Counted from the first letter of the whole stretch, positions 25,349 through 38,345 are shown. The stretch is 63,134 bases of DNA, filler included, from Chiloscyllium plagiosum (GCF_004010195.1; 4 parts of one record of this genome joined end to end with filler, not necessarily neighbours in it); one strand, 5' to 3'. Made by a program: numbers and translations. The notes: generated by a model from the sequence alone, not told the origin.

Positions 25349-25773
25349 CCTTTGTCATGTTGCCATGCTTAAAATTGGCAAGAAATATTTTTTAGGCGAC
25401 GTTTCAAGTTATGCTTAAATTTGACCAAATTGCATTGATTCATGATGGATGTACTCAAAGTGGAAACTTTATCTTTATACCAATAAGATCCCACTAAAAC
25501 ACTTCTTTTTAAATGACCACATTGGAGGTAGACTAAAGGTGGTGAACAGCAGTTAATGAGCTTTTCCTCAGCAATAGAGGAAGCAGCACAAATTACTGCC
25601 ATAACTGTAAATGCATTAGCACCATTAACAAAACACCAATGCATGTCATTAAATTGCCATTCCTCCTGTTGGAAATGTGAAGGTTCAGCTTCTTTGCAAT
25701 TGGGCCAAGTTCTGGACAAACTTGGATACCCAGCCTCAATGGAATGCCTTCCAGTCATTGTCTGCTATTCCAG

Positions 25774-26272
25774 GTCATAGAGTCATAGAGTCATAGAGAT
25801 GTACAGCATGGAAACAGACCCTTCGGTCCAACCCTTCCATGTCGACCAGATATCCCAACCCAATCAAGACCCACCTGCCAGCACCTGGCCCATATCCCTC
25901 CAAATACTTCCTATTCATATACCCATCCAAATGTCTCTTAAATGTTGCAATTTTGCCAGCCTCCACCACTTCCTCAGGCAGCCCATTCCATACCTGTACC
26001 ACCCTCTGTGTGAAAAAGTTGCCCCTTAGGTCTCTTTTATATCTTTCCCCTCTCATCCTAAACCTATGCCCTCCAGTTCTGGACTCCCCCATCCCAGGGA
26101 AAAAACTTTGCCTATTTACCCTATTCACGTCCCTCATAATTTTGTAAACTTCTATAAGGTCACCCCTCAGCCTTCCGACGCTCCAGGGAAAACAGCCCCA
26201 GCCTGTTCAGCCTCTCCCTATAGCTCAAATCCTCCAACCTTGGCAACATCCTTGTAAATCTTTTCTGAACCT
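25774..26272 (-). mobile_element. HER1-type CR1 3' end (relatively young)
   Basis: RGNFFTQRVV..FKRHLDGYM motif; (CATAGAGT)n tail. Confidence 0.92.
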
Positions 26273-27770
26273 CTTAGAACTATCTCACAATCATTTCACA
26301 TCTGCCTTAATCAGGGAACAAGGAGTTATGTGGTAATATGTGATATACCAGTTGCTACTAAAATCGGAGACTTAAGGTGTTGAAGATGCTGTTTTGTGTT
26401 GGGAGAAGGGAATGAAGTGATTCCTAGCTAGAGGCTGGATTTCCCCAGTTTGAGCTTGGTGTACATGCCTGAAGCCCTGAACCAAAGCAGACAGGAACTT
26501 CATTTACAAATGCAACTATGCTCAGGGAGGAGCTTTTTGCCATTTTCTGGCCTCTGGAATGCTGCATTTTCTGCATGAAAAGTTGCCAGTATAAAGGCTT
26601 TGAAGTATAAGGATGTCTTAGAAGTTGAGAGATTTTTAAAGGAACCTTTTAATTTTTCCAGGTGGGCCTTATGCTTTCTGGCTTTTGCTGTCTTGTTTGC
26701 TGCCAAATACAACTGTCTAAGCAGGGTTTTGGGAAGAAATTTTGGATATTGTTCCAAGTAAAGTAAGCAGAATTTACAAGACAATTGAGCTGACGGCCTT
26801 GATGTTCTCCTTCCTCTGAAAAGAATGAATGGAGCAGGGGATGGAATTCTAGTGACACTCCGGTTGTGTCATCAAAACAGTGACTCTCAAGTTCCTGGGA
26901 CAGGAGATAGCTCATGCCCTAGGAGTCCGTGATATGGGCCAGAGCCCTGTTTGGTTGTGGGGGGAGCAAAGTGGAATGAGGTCAAGCCTTTGAATAAACT
27001 GGGGTGAGGGAAGATGGGTTAAATATGGGGAGGGGGGTACAGGTGAAAAGGGGATCAATCCCGGGGGAGGAAGGTTCAGGACGATCAATAGGAGGAACAG
27101 AAAGCCAATACTGGTGGTTAACTCATGGAGTGAACAAAAGAGGGGATGTAGAGTGATCGATTTGGGGAGATAGGCATGCTGAATCCAAGAGGTTAGTGTA
27201 AAATGCATTCATCTCTTGGGTACTTCCTCACCTTTGAAGTACCTTTCTGAGGCTTGTGAAACCCAGTTGAAAACCGGTCAGGTTGGCAAAATTATCACAT
27301 GGAGCCAGCCAATTTGCCCTCTTGGCTCTGGTTGCTCACTCACCCACCTTCCCATCCCACTTAAAGCTGGAGATAGGTAGGTTGGAGGTGGTTTGTGTCA
27401 AAATTCTGGATGTAAAAGTGCAAGCAACTCATCACCTGCCTCCCCTCTCCAGCAACCGGCCAGTCACTCACATTTCAGGCAAAATCCAAACCCCACCCAA
27501 CAACCTGAAAAGTCAGCCATTTCCTTCAAGTTGCATTGAGGAAGGAAGCAGGCATTGGTGAATGTTGAGTTGTTTTAAGCCTTAATAAATTGAATCATAA
27601 CAGAATCAATCTTTGGCTTTGATGGAATGTGACATCAGGTTAGTGTTAGCATACTTCAGACACGTGGATCTCTTCATGCAGTAACTACCAATAGTGTATT
27701 TCAGGCATACAAATTAGATTTTGAACCTGAATTATACTGCATTACTGAGTTGTGGAAGTCAACTGCATGT

Positions 27771-29015
27771 TTTTTTTTTTATTCACTTGTGGGATGTGGG
27801 TGTCCCTGGCTGGCCAGCATTTATTACCCGTCCCTAGTTGCCCTTGAAAAGATGGTGATGAGCTGTCTTCCTAAACCATTTCAGTCCACATGCTGTAGGT
27901 TGAGCCACAATGCCATTAAGGAGGGAATTCCAGAGTTTTGACACAGCAACAGTGAAAAAGCAGTGATATATTTTTAAATCAGGATGGTGAGTAGCTTGGA
28001 AGGGAGCTTGAAGGTGATGGTGTTCCCATATATCTGCTGCTCTTATTCTTCTAGATGTAAGCGCTGTCTAAGGATCTTTGGTGAATTTCCGAAGCGCATC
28101 TTGTAGATCGTACACACTGCTGCTACAAAGTGTCAGTGGTGGAGGGAGTGGACGTTTGTGAATGTGATGCCAATTGAGCATGCTGCTTTACCCTGGATAG
28201 CATCAAGCTGCTTGAGTGTTGTTGAAACTGTACCCATCCAGGCAAGTGGGGAGTATTCCATCACACTCCTGACTTGTGGTTTATAGACGCTGGGCAGGTT
28301 TTGAGGAGACAGGAGGAGAGTTATTCGCTGCACCATTCCTAGCTCTTGACCTGCTCTTGCAGCCACTGTTTTTATATAGCGAGTTCCATTCAGCTTCTGG
28401 TCAGTGGTAACATCCACAATCTTGATAATGGGGGCTTCATTGATGGTAACACCATTGAATATCAAAGGACAGTGATTATGTTGTCTCTTTTTGGGGATGG
28501 TTGTTGCCTGGCATTTGTGTGGCGCTATTGTTACTTGCCACTTGTCAGCCCAAGTCCAGTTTTTGTCCAGATCTTGTTGCATTTGAACATGGCTGCTTCA
28601 GTCATCTGCAGTATCAGGAATGATGCTGAACATTGTGCAATCATCGGAGAATATTACGTTATGATGGACAGAAGATCATTGATGAAGCAGCTGAAGATGG
28701 TTGGGCCTAGGACACTACCCTGAAGAACTCTTGTAGAGATGTCCTGGAGCTGAGATGACTGCCCTCCAACAATCACCACCATCCTCCTATATGCCAGGTC
28801 TGACTCCAGACCATTTTGCCCACTGATACTCATTGATTCCAGTTTTTTGCCAGGGCTGCTTGATGCCATGCTCAGTCGAAAGTGGCCTTGATGACAATGG
28901 CTATCACTCTCACCACTTCTCTGGAATTCAGCTCTTTTGTCCATGATTGATCCAAGTTTGCAATGAGGTCAGAAGCTGAGTGGTCCTGTTGGGACCCAAA
29001 CTGGGCTTCACTGAG
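27771..29015 (-). mobile_element. LINE of a distinct CR1-group family: RT to 3' UTR with A tail
   Basis: QGSVLGPTIFSCFINDL, WADKWQVT and YKPQVRSVMEYSPLAWMG motifs; T-run at 27769-27780. Confidence 0.85.
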
Positions 29016-31699
29016 TTGGCACTGAGCTGAGTTTCTCTAACACTTTGTTTTTATTTAATAAAAATCATCATATCAATTTCCCAGCCTAAACTGAACATCG
29101 ACTGGACTGAATCATCAATCCCCGTGCTTCATTCTCATCAAAGATCAACTGTCACCACTTTAACGCAGATAAAAATTAAATTTTCAACGAAGTGTGCGGT
29201 TATGCAATCACACTTGCTCCATATTAGGTAACAAACTATTGGAACTAATAAAAAATAACCATAAAGCAATAAAGCAAAATCAAAATACTGTGGTTGCTGG
29301 AAGAAAAAAGTAATAATGTTCAGGATATATTCATTGAGTTTGAAAATGCCATTAGCGTAGCTGCAGATTCTCTGCAGTTGTACACAGTGGGTGATAACTG
29401 GTCATGTACTTTATATCCAGTGATTGCAAGTTAAAAGAGAGGGGAATCATAAAGTGGCTTGTTGACTCTTTATGATCTTCTTTATGAAATTGTGCAAAGT
29501 CATGATCTAGCTTTGTTGGTTACAAGTGCTAAGTCTAAAACATTTGGAAAAACTGTATACCGAAACAACTCAAGGTTCAGGACAAATAGCTGCTAAGTGT
29601 CCCACTAAGTATGTGAATGATAAGGCAAGGCAGGAATTCACTGCAATTGTGTGTGAACTTTAGGTTTTACTCACATCTGGTTTCCCATCAGCCATATTTA
29701 GCTCCTCAGAATAAAGAAAGTCCTGTGATGATTGCTCAGCACAGCACTTTTGAGCTCTGTGCAAATCTCAGAGCTCTGTACCGCTCTGTTCGAGTTCCCC
29801 TCTTTTGTTTATTTGTCTTTTTCTCTTTCAGTTCAGGAAGTTTTTTGGTGAGTGGTGGGGGGATTCAGATGAAATTCTGTTTATGTTCTTTGGTGCCTTT
29901 GGTGAGTTGAACTGCTTGTTGCTGCTAGTCAGGAAAAGGAAGAGACAAAGTATTGAAAAAATAGGGTCAGAGATAAAACAAACAGTGTGTACCTTGGAAA
30001 TACAGACTGTCACACTGATGTGTCAACGTTTCTTTTCTATACGTTGCAAACAAATATCTGTCAGCACTCAAGCAGTAATGAATTCTGTCTGGTATTAATA
30101 TCTACAGTGGTAATGCCACATGACAAATGAAAATACACATTAATGCATCATTTGTAATGGATGGAGAGGAGGAAATGGGATTCTTTGTACAATGCTCTTC
30201 GTCGCTGCTGTCCACCTAATTAAAAAAAGGCACGATTTGTTCTTTATAGGTTTTTCTATAGGTTTGGAATGTCGTGGACAAGTCGTTCACTAAGCCCTGT
30301 TGCAGTCTTGCCATTCTGTTTACCCTGTCTGTTCTTGCACACATTTTCAAACTCATTTTCAGACACATGAATGAAAAAATCAAGATGTGATGAAGAATGT
30401 CATGTCATTCATGTCAGTTCATCCTCTGTTTAAATGCACAATCATTTTGGCAATGTTATGAAGAAATTCCAGTTTATATTGACTGCTATTGCGGCTAAGT
30501 GTAAAATGAAGATAGACATATTGAAAGGACAAGTTGAATATCAGGGAAAAAAAACTGAAACAAGTTCATGATCACTGGCAGGGAATTAGAGAACAACCTC
30601 ATCTAAGGTTGTTCTCTAATTTTGAGGTCATCTGCTTTTTGACTGAACAGAGCAATCATCTTTCAGACTAAAAAAAAAGCCACTAGTTAATAAGCCTGCA
30701 TTATTTTCACATGATTCTGAAATAAATGTAAGAATGGTATATTTTTCTGTCCCAATATGAAGGCTCATCCATCAGGCATAAATTGGAAGGCTTGCTCAGA
30801 GTCTTGTCTGGAGTAAGTTAGATTTTCTTTAGCATTTTAAGACTGTGATTGGATTGATCACCTGTTGTTCTTGGGTGGAAAGTTGTGGATTTAACGCCCA
30901 GGATTGAGCACAATGGAATGCTACATCGTTGGTGAGTTTGTCACAAGACCTGACTTGCTTGCTCAAGTATGCTAAAAGAATTCATGAAAATGTTTCCCAT
31001 GGTGGTAGTTGTGTGGAATGAGGGATGGGGTAATAGATAAGTGGGATCATACTCTGCCATTTGATCATCTGTAGTTCAAACCAATCTAATTTCAATCAGG
31101 GATGTATTGAAGGAGAAAACCTGTAAATTTGAAGAATTTCTTGGTGCTCAGAAAATCTCCTTGGATAAATTGCCATTGGAGCCAGAATGAGCAATTAGTT
31201 ATTGCATCAGTTGATATTTTAGTCAACAATAATTCAACGAACCAGGGTGGCTGTGAATTGAGGGCCCATTTCATAAAATAACTTTCATGGTGTCAGAAGA
31301 CTGGAGAAATGTTAGTCTTGGGGATTGTCTAGTTTAAACCCAGCTATAATGGTAGAAATCTTTGTTGGCTGTTGATGGCTGTTGAAAAAGATGGATGACT
31401 TTGAAGTAATTGAGACTTTTACGGAATTATTCTGTTGTGAAGTGAAAATGATGGGAATTTCTTTGAGGTGACAACACCTGAAGGATAAAATGTCTTCCTG
31501 TTTCTTCAGACATGCTCATTCTCAGCAAACAGTGACATTTAAGATGATGTTCAGATATCCTTATTAATTTATCTTGCACACATCTTTCAAGCCACATTTC
31601 AGTGCATGATGTGACTTTTCCAATCAGCTGGGATCATGATAAATTGGGGCTCGTCTGGGATTTGAATTAATTGGATTCAAGAGGGATTAGTGTCTCTTT

Positions 31700-31965
31700 T
31701 TTTAAGGAGTTTTTGAATGGAATTTGAAGATAGCTGTGAATGTTAATCAGAGTTTCCTGGAATTGGAAGATATAGCAGTGGATTATTTTAAATATTTTGA
31801 CAATAGCTAAGCTGAGAAAATTTGTAGATTCTTTGAAGGTACAGTAGAAGCAGAAGTCGGATCTCAGAACGAGGAGATGTTTCAAGTAATTATCAGCCAC
31901 GATCCTATTGAATGATAGAGCAGGCTGGAGGGGCTGAATAGCCTCTTTCTGCTCCTATGATCTGA
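31700..31965 (+). mobile_element. Old CR1 3' end
   Basis: Tail ATCAGCCACGATC..GAGGGGCTGAATAGCCT..CTGCTCCTAT, similar to 7800-7885. Confidence 0.65.
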
Positions 31966-31984
31966 CTATCTAACATTTAGAATC

Positions 31985-32760
31985 AGATGGAAAGAAACCT
32001 CAAATTGAAATGTCACAACTGCAATTATTTAAGAAACAGTTAGAAATGAAAAGAAACTGGTCTAAGAGAGAAAAACAGTGAAAAGAGTTGAGTTAGCAGG
32101 AAGAAGGATATAAATAAAAAGCAAGGTAAGAGAAAACTACAGGAAGATGCAATCTTTAAAAAAAACTTGAACTCCACAGAGATAAATAAATTATACAATA
32201 CAATTTGGCCAAAGAAAAACTTAGAATATAGAAGGAAGAACATGGTAATAGCTTTGAAAATTATTCTGATGCCAATGATTTGATTTAACAAGAATCTATG
32301 TTGAGTACTCACATTTACTGAGGATGGAGGGGAAAGGTATATTAACTCTTATGTGAAGGTAGCTGGAAAGCTGAAGTGGCCAAAAGTTGTTTGGATATTG
32401 CAGAGTGTTTTGACAGGTGCAGCTATGACTGTGTACACTAATTCATCAGGAGAACATTCTACAGGTTATTAAACTGTCAAAAAGGCAAAACTCAGTGCTT
32501 ATGATCTTGTCCATGAATCTTATCAATTGAAATGTAGGCCTTTAAGAAAGAAATCAAACATTTGTAGGATTTGGAAAGAAGAAAAATGTTGTGGGACCAG
32601 TCTTCACAAAAGCTTGAGGAAACTTTTGACAATGCAAAGGAAATTCTGATTTTGGAATAGTTCAGATATAGCATGCTTGCAAATTTAAAATCATTAAGAT
32701 GGGCATTAAGTGTTAAAAATTAAAGAAGCAAAATTTCTGGCCAATACTCATGATTTCTCA
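31985..32760 (+). mobile_element. Gypsy (Gmr1-like) gag remnant
   Basis: A coiled-coil-like K/E-rich stretch, then from 32305 VLTFTEDGGERYINSYVKVAGKLKWPKVVWILQSVLTGAAMTVY..GY*TVKKAKLSAYDLVHESYQLKCR. This resembles the Gmr1 gag pattern LKWP..W..LQS.L.GKA..Y..VK.AIL.AYEL.PE.Y. Confidence 0.7.
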
Positions 32761-33029
32761 CACATAATTACAGATAGGGAAATCCACAAAGAAATTGGAG
32801 GAATACAACATTTGTGGATGGAAGAGGGACTAGTTTTAGAGAACAGACAGAAGAATGCCAAGTAATAAAGAAAAACATGTGTCCCGATAAACACAGCCAG
32901 TTGATTTGGCCTTTTCAGTGTCATTCTTGTGTAGCCCACTCTATTTTCGAACTCACTGCTGGGCTGCAGCACTGAACACATCATTGATAAAGGAAATGAC
33001 CTGGTGTGATTTTGTACAGCTCGTATTGT

Positions 33030-35090
33030 CACTGTCCTGTTGCCTTTCTGGCTGTTTTGGAAAGGTTTAGCACAAGTCTTCAGTGTTCTAGCTGGAATGC
33101 TGTCTGTGTTTGCAGTCTCCAGTGTCTTAAACTGTTTCTTGATATCATGTCAAATGATTCGAATTGACTGAACACTGATTTTGTGATGCTACAGACCTCC
33201 GGAGAATGGCAAGATGGATCATCAACTCGGCACTTAGAGTCATAAAGTCATAGGGATTTACAGCATGGAAATAGACCCTTTGGTCAAACTTGTCCATGCT
33301 GACCAGATATCCCAACCCAATCTAGTCCCACCTGCCAGCACCCGGCCCATATCCCTCCAAACCCTTCTTATTCATATACCCATCCAGATGCATTTTAAAT
33401 GTTGCAATTGTACCAGCCTCCACCACGTCCTCTGGCAGCTCATTCCATACATGTGCCACCCTCTGCATGAAAAGGGTGCCCCTTCGGTCCCTTTTATATA
33501 ATTCCCCTCTCACTCTGAACCTGTGCCCGCTAGTTCTGGACTTGCCCACCCTTTTGCTGTGAAAACTTCAGCTTTATCTTTTGCACTGATGTGCTGGGCT
33601 CTTCCATCATTGACCGTGGGGATATTTGTTGACCCTTCTTCTCTGAATTCTTTAATTGTCCAACACTGTTCATGACTGGATATGGCAGGGCTGCAAAACT
33701 TAGATCTGATCCATTTATAGAGGGAACGCTTTGCGCTGAGTATCACTTGCTGCTTATGATGTTTGGCATGCAAGTAGTCCTGTTTGGTGGCTTCACAAGG
33801 TTGACACCTCATTTTCAGTTATGCCTGGTGCTGATCCTGGCAGACTCTACTGTACTCTCCATTGAACCAGGGTTGATCCCCTGTGTTGATGGTGATGGTT
33901 GAGTGGGGGATACGCCAGGCCATGAGGTTACAGATTGTGCAGAAGTAAAATTCTGCTGTTGATGGCTCACAGTGCCTCATGAATGTCCAGTCTTGAGTTG
34001 CTAGATCTGTTCAAAGTCTGCCCCATTTAGCACGATGGAAGCGCCACTCAACACGATGGAGGTTATTCTCAACGTGAAGGTGGAGCTTTGTCTCCACAAG
34101 GTGGTTACTCCAACGATACTGTCATGGACAGTTGCATCTGCAGCTGGCAAATTGGTAAGGATGAGGTTAAGTATGTTTTTCCCTCTTGTTGGATCTCTCA
34201 CCACCTGCCACAGAGTCAGTCCAGCAGTTGTGTCCTTTAGGACCCAACCAGCTTGATCGGTAGTGCTATTACCAAGCCACTCTTGATGGTGGACCTTGAA
34301 ATGCCCCACCCAGAGTACATTTTGTGCCCTTGCCACCCTCAATGCTTCCTCCACGTCTTGTTTAACATGGAGGAAGACCGATTCATCAGTCGAGGGAGAA
34401 TGGTACGTAGTTACCAGCAGGTAGTTTCCTTGCCCATGTTTAACCTGAAGCCAATGTTGAGGATTCCGAGCACAACTCGTTCCCAAATTGATACCATTGT
34501 GCTGTCATCTCTGCTGAGTTTGCCCTGCCGGTGGGACTGGACCAATCCAGGGATGGCAGTAGGACATTGCCTGTAAGGTAGGGTTGCGTGAGTATGGCTA
34601 TGTCAGGATGTGGCTTGACTAGTTTGTGAGACAGTTCTCCCAATTTTGACACTGGTCCTCAAATATCAGGAAGGAAAGCTTTGCAAGGTCAACAGGGCTG
34701 TTTCTGCCCTTGTCTTTTCCAGTGCCTAGGTCAATGCCAGCTGGTCCTTCCAGTTTCATGTCAGTTTTGAGATTTTCTGGTGTTTGTTACAACTGAGTGG
34801 CTTGCTAGGCCATTTCAGAGGGCAGTTGAAATTCAACTACATTACTATGGGTCTGAAGTCTCATGTAAGCCAGACCAGGTGAGAATGGCAGATTTTCTTC
34901 CTTAAAGAGATTTGTGAACCAGATGTGTTTTTCTGACAACCAACAGTGGTCATCGTTAGACCCTTAATTCCAGATTTTGTTTTTATTGAGTTCAAATTCC
35001 ATCATTTTCTGCAGTAGGACTCATACTTGGGTACCCAGAATATGGGTCTTTGAATTAATAATCTTGCAATATTACACTGCAGCCATTGCA
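33030..35090 (-). mobile_element. 5' half of the 27771-type LINE: tRNA-like head, 5' UTR, AP endonuclease and tether, with no ORF1
   Basis: KLGELSHKLVKPHPDIAILT, GHFKVHHQEWLG and PTRGKNILNLILTN motifs. The upstream 34790-35090 is homologous to the SINE at 48581. Confidence 0.8.
33236..33550 (-). mobile_element. HER1-type CR1 3' end nested in the previous LINE
   Basis: ORF 33322-33549 (WNELPEDVVEAG..FKMHLDGYM). Host sequence resumes on both sides. Confidence 0.9.
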
Positions 35091-35298
35091 AGGCAAGCCT
35101 TTTCTTCCTAAGCAGACTGCAAGTGGGTCAGAGAGTTACTCCAATGGTCATAAGTGGTTGGCAAATGTCAAATGCCAATGTCTGTGGGTAAGGGGCATGT
35201 GTTGCTGATACCCATACATCGTGCTCTTAGATGCTGTTTTGTGTTCAGCAATATAGAGGCTCCTTGCTGCCAGTTATGAGCTGAAGTTGGAGGTACCC

Positions 35299-35525
35299 TG
35301 ATATAACTCCAGTATCCCATCACCTAATCACCCTTTATTTATAATTGGAGAGTCCTTGACACTGATCCAGCTCCCTCAGAGCCAACTTTCTGAGCAAACA
35401 GAACCTCTGACAGTCCTGTTCTTAACTGTAAGCCAGGGTTCCCTGATAGGACCAGATTAACAGCCCCAATCAAGGAACTCATATTAAATGAGGTCCATCT
35501 GGCTGACCCCGTTACAATCACTACA
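35299..35525 (-). mobile_element. Solo-LTR-like repeat (second partial copy at ~55558-55700)
   Basis: TG...CA termini and AATAAA on the minus strand. It shares TATCCCATCACC..TCACCCTTTA..CTTGACACTG..TCAGAGCCA..AACAGA..CTCTGACA with 55588-55690. No clean TSD. Confidence 0.6.
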
Positions 35526-36584
35526 TGCCTGCTCTGCCTTCCATTGAAAATTCTTGCTGTCTTGCTTGTTTGGTGCATTTAGTAAACTAAATGAAGTGAA
35601 TTGCAGCATGAATAAGGTATTGAACAAATTCTAATCCCCCCCTGAATTGACAACTCGCTGCAGCCACATGAGAGACCCACTTCGCACACTCAGCAAATGT
35701 ATGAAAGATGGAAGAAGTTGCTCCTGATATTGAGATGGTCTTCACTGAACCTCAATTCTCCCACTAAATCTACACCTAGCCCACATTACTCAGGCTCCTA
35801 CAAGATTCTGCCCTGTGAGTTCCTTCAGGAGTTAGGTGCTGTAATATATGCAGGGGTAGCCTCCTTTTGGTTTAACAAGGAGTTTATGATGCAGTAAACA
35901 TGCTACAGTTTATTGAATCCCCACATCTATATTTTTAGATTATAAGAATAGATTTTGCACAATTTCAAAGACTGTCGTGAGGGCCTAGCCTATATCTGTC
36001 TCCCACAATATCCAACATTACTCTCTCCCCAAGTCTTCATGACATGATCACAGTGGTGGTGTTTGTTGTATTCCATGAATTATTCACACTTTCAGACCCA
36101 TATCCAAAAATGATAATTCAACTTCTCCACCTGGTCTCCATGTTAGGCAGTATTGTCAATGTTTGAATTTATTAAATGGCTTATTAAGACCTTTCTCCTG
36201 CATCAATAAGAATTCTCCAGTATGGAAATGGGCCCCAAATAGAGATTGAAATGTGACCTGTGAATCAAGTTGGTGGGTGAGTGTGCATTCTTCTGATGGA
36301 GGGGAAGTGATTGATGAAAGTAGATGGCTGGACCTAGGACTCTACTCTGAAGAACGCTTCCAGTGATGATATGTGACTGAAATGATTGGCACTTAAAAAT
36401 CACAACCAATTTTTTTTTTTTGCTGAGTATCAATCTAAAGCTTCTGAATAAAACATTTGTTCCCAAGTATGTTTACTAATAGAGGTGGTCCTCTTGGAAT
36501 AGAATGTGACTGGGAGTATAAGCAGTAGCCATGTAGAGCAGGCTGAGTTGTAGAGCTGGTTGAGAGAATAGGAGAAATGGTTGA

Positions 36585-37000
36585 CTTTCTCTTAGCAGGA
36601 GATCATATCTGCCTAGGAATTCAGGAGCAAGACTCCTACTTGGACCTCAGTGAGGAGGGAGCTGGTGAGATGCTGCTACTTCAATAATGAGATTCTCACT
36701 AAAATCTGTGAACCACTGCAACCCTTCTAACAATCTCAGAACTTGGCAGCATTGCCAACGGCTGTGAAGGTTACAACGGCGATGAACTATTATGCAGCTG
36801 GCTCCATCCAGATTGAAACTGGAAATGGTATAACACCTTCCCTGCTTCAGATGAGAGGTCATTCAGGCCATCCAATCCAGCGCTGACTCCATTTCATTGT
36901 CTCTTGTCAGAAGAAAAGAAGACAGACCTGAATTCACTCAGAATACAGACTTCCCCATGGTGCAGAGTGCTTTGACTGCAGTCATTGTAGGGGCTGTTTA
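36585..37000 (+). mobile_element. PIF/Harbinger DDE transposase remnant
   Basis: Frameshifted peptides LSRRSYLPR..QDSYLDLSEE, ALPTAVKVTTAMNYYAAGSIQ and FPMVQSA/DCSH, resembling HARBI1-family ...L.F.A.GSFQ and GFP.V.GAIDCTH. Confidence 0.7.
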
Positions 37001-37091
37001 CCAACACTGCCCAAAACTCAAACTAAAATGGATTGTTTCCTCAGTGTGTGACTGTAAGCAGTGTAAGGCTGGCCATTATGTATCCTGTCAT

Positions 37092-37178
37092 TAACACTTC
37101 AAAAGTACTTTATAGGCTGCAAAACATTTGAGACATCCTGAGGTCATGAAAGTGCTTTAAAAATGTGAATTTTTCTTC
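37092..37178 (+). mobile_element. L2-type LINE/SINE 3' tail
   Basis: ACACTTCAAAAGTACTTTATAGGCTGCAAAACATTTGAGACATCCTGAGGTCATGAAAGTGCTTTAAAAATG resembles an L2-derived tail. Confidence 0.55.
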
Positions 37179-38345
37179 CTGATTCTTTTTTGTGATGCAT
37201 GTTAATTCCTGACATATTGGTAGCAGTGATGATGATTTTGTTCTGTAGCAGTCTGCATTTCAATTCTCGGGGCAAACCATATGGTAATTATTGAATGACA
37301 TGGTATCCATTTTTATGACCAGCCCAGACTGTGTTTCTAGATGGATACCTCAAACCATTAACCTCCTGGGTGCGGAGAAGGGGCAGGTGTTTTGGGGGGG
37401 GGGGGGGGGGGCGCGGAAATGAACTGGCTTCCCTTGTTTATTCCCCCACTTCCTTAGTTGGTCACAATGAGGTAAATTTTAAAAAGATTCCTTCCCTTGT
37501 GGATACCTTTTGCTCAGACCCAAATGAACTTCTGCTTTAAAAGGAGCCAATTTAATCACACTTATTTGAATTAACAATAAGAATATTATGACTACTAAAC
37601 ACAAGAATAATTAATATCACAATATGCAACATACTAATAAGAAATAAGAGGTGAACCCAAAATGACAAAAGTTTAAAAAAAAATACAGATCATCTCTGAG
37701 TTTTTTTGTGAAAAGTGGATCCTTAAATGTTATGGACATAGTAATGGACAATACTGGTCACATTGCTGTTGCTATTTAAATAGTTGATTTTGAAGTGCTT
37801 GGTTTTGAGGGTTTATTGAAACATACACTCAGAATGGAGAGAGATTTCCATTCTTTACCTGCAATGCAGGGATGTTTAAATGCCTCTTCTCAGAACTGTA
37901 ACCCTCACAGCAATCAGGCTGCTAACACATAGACCAATTTACCTTTAAACCTTGGCCTCGTGTATTCACAAAACGGGGAAACCGTAAAATATGTCTCTTG
38001 CCCACACTGCTGTCTTTTCTTATTATCATATTCACTGTTTGAGATAGGCCCAAGCCTTTGAAAGCTCAGTTTGTAGTGTGTTTTCTCCCTTTGTATCTTT
38101 TTTGAACCTAGTCAGGTGTGACAATCCAGAGTCTTTCTCTGAATTTACACCTGGCGTCATATTTTGGCTGTTTGTTCTTTTTAAAGAAAGGCACATGTTG
38201 TAGTTAAAGTTTGATATGTCCATTGATAATTCAAGGTTATGATCTATCAGGACATTTTTCCCACATGATGAATGACATGAGGTTCATTCTTCTATCATTA
38301 CAAAATAAAGCATTTTTTTTCAAAGCAGGCATACTCACACATGCA

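Noticed and set aside
25774..25800. Short tandem repeats (CATAGAGT, TAGAACA, GACAATA, TTAGA) as CRISPR, telomeric or satellite arrays
   Set aside because: Each marks a CR1 or SINE 3' terminus; there are no spacers and the context is eukaryotic.
37394..37410. Poly-G run (and poly-C at ~5046) as a functional G-quadruplex
   Set aside because: These are simple homopolymers within repeat-derived sequence, with no supporting context.
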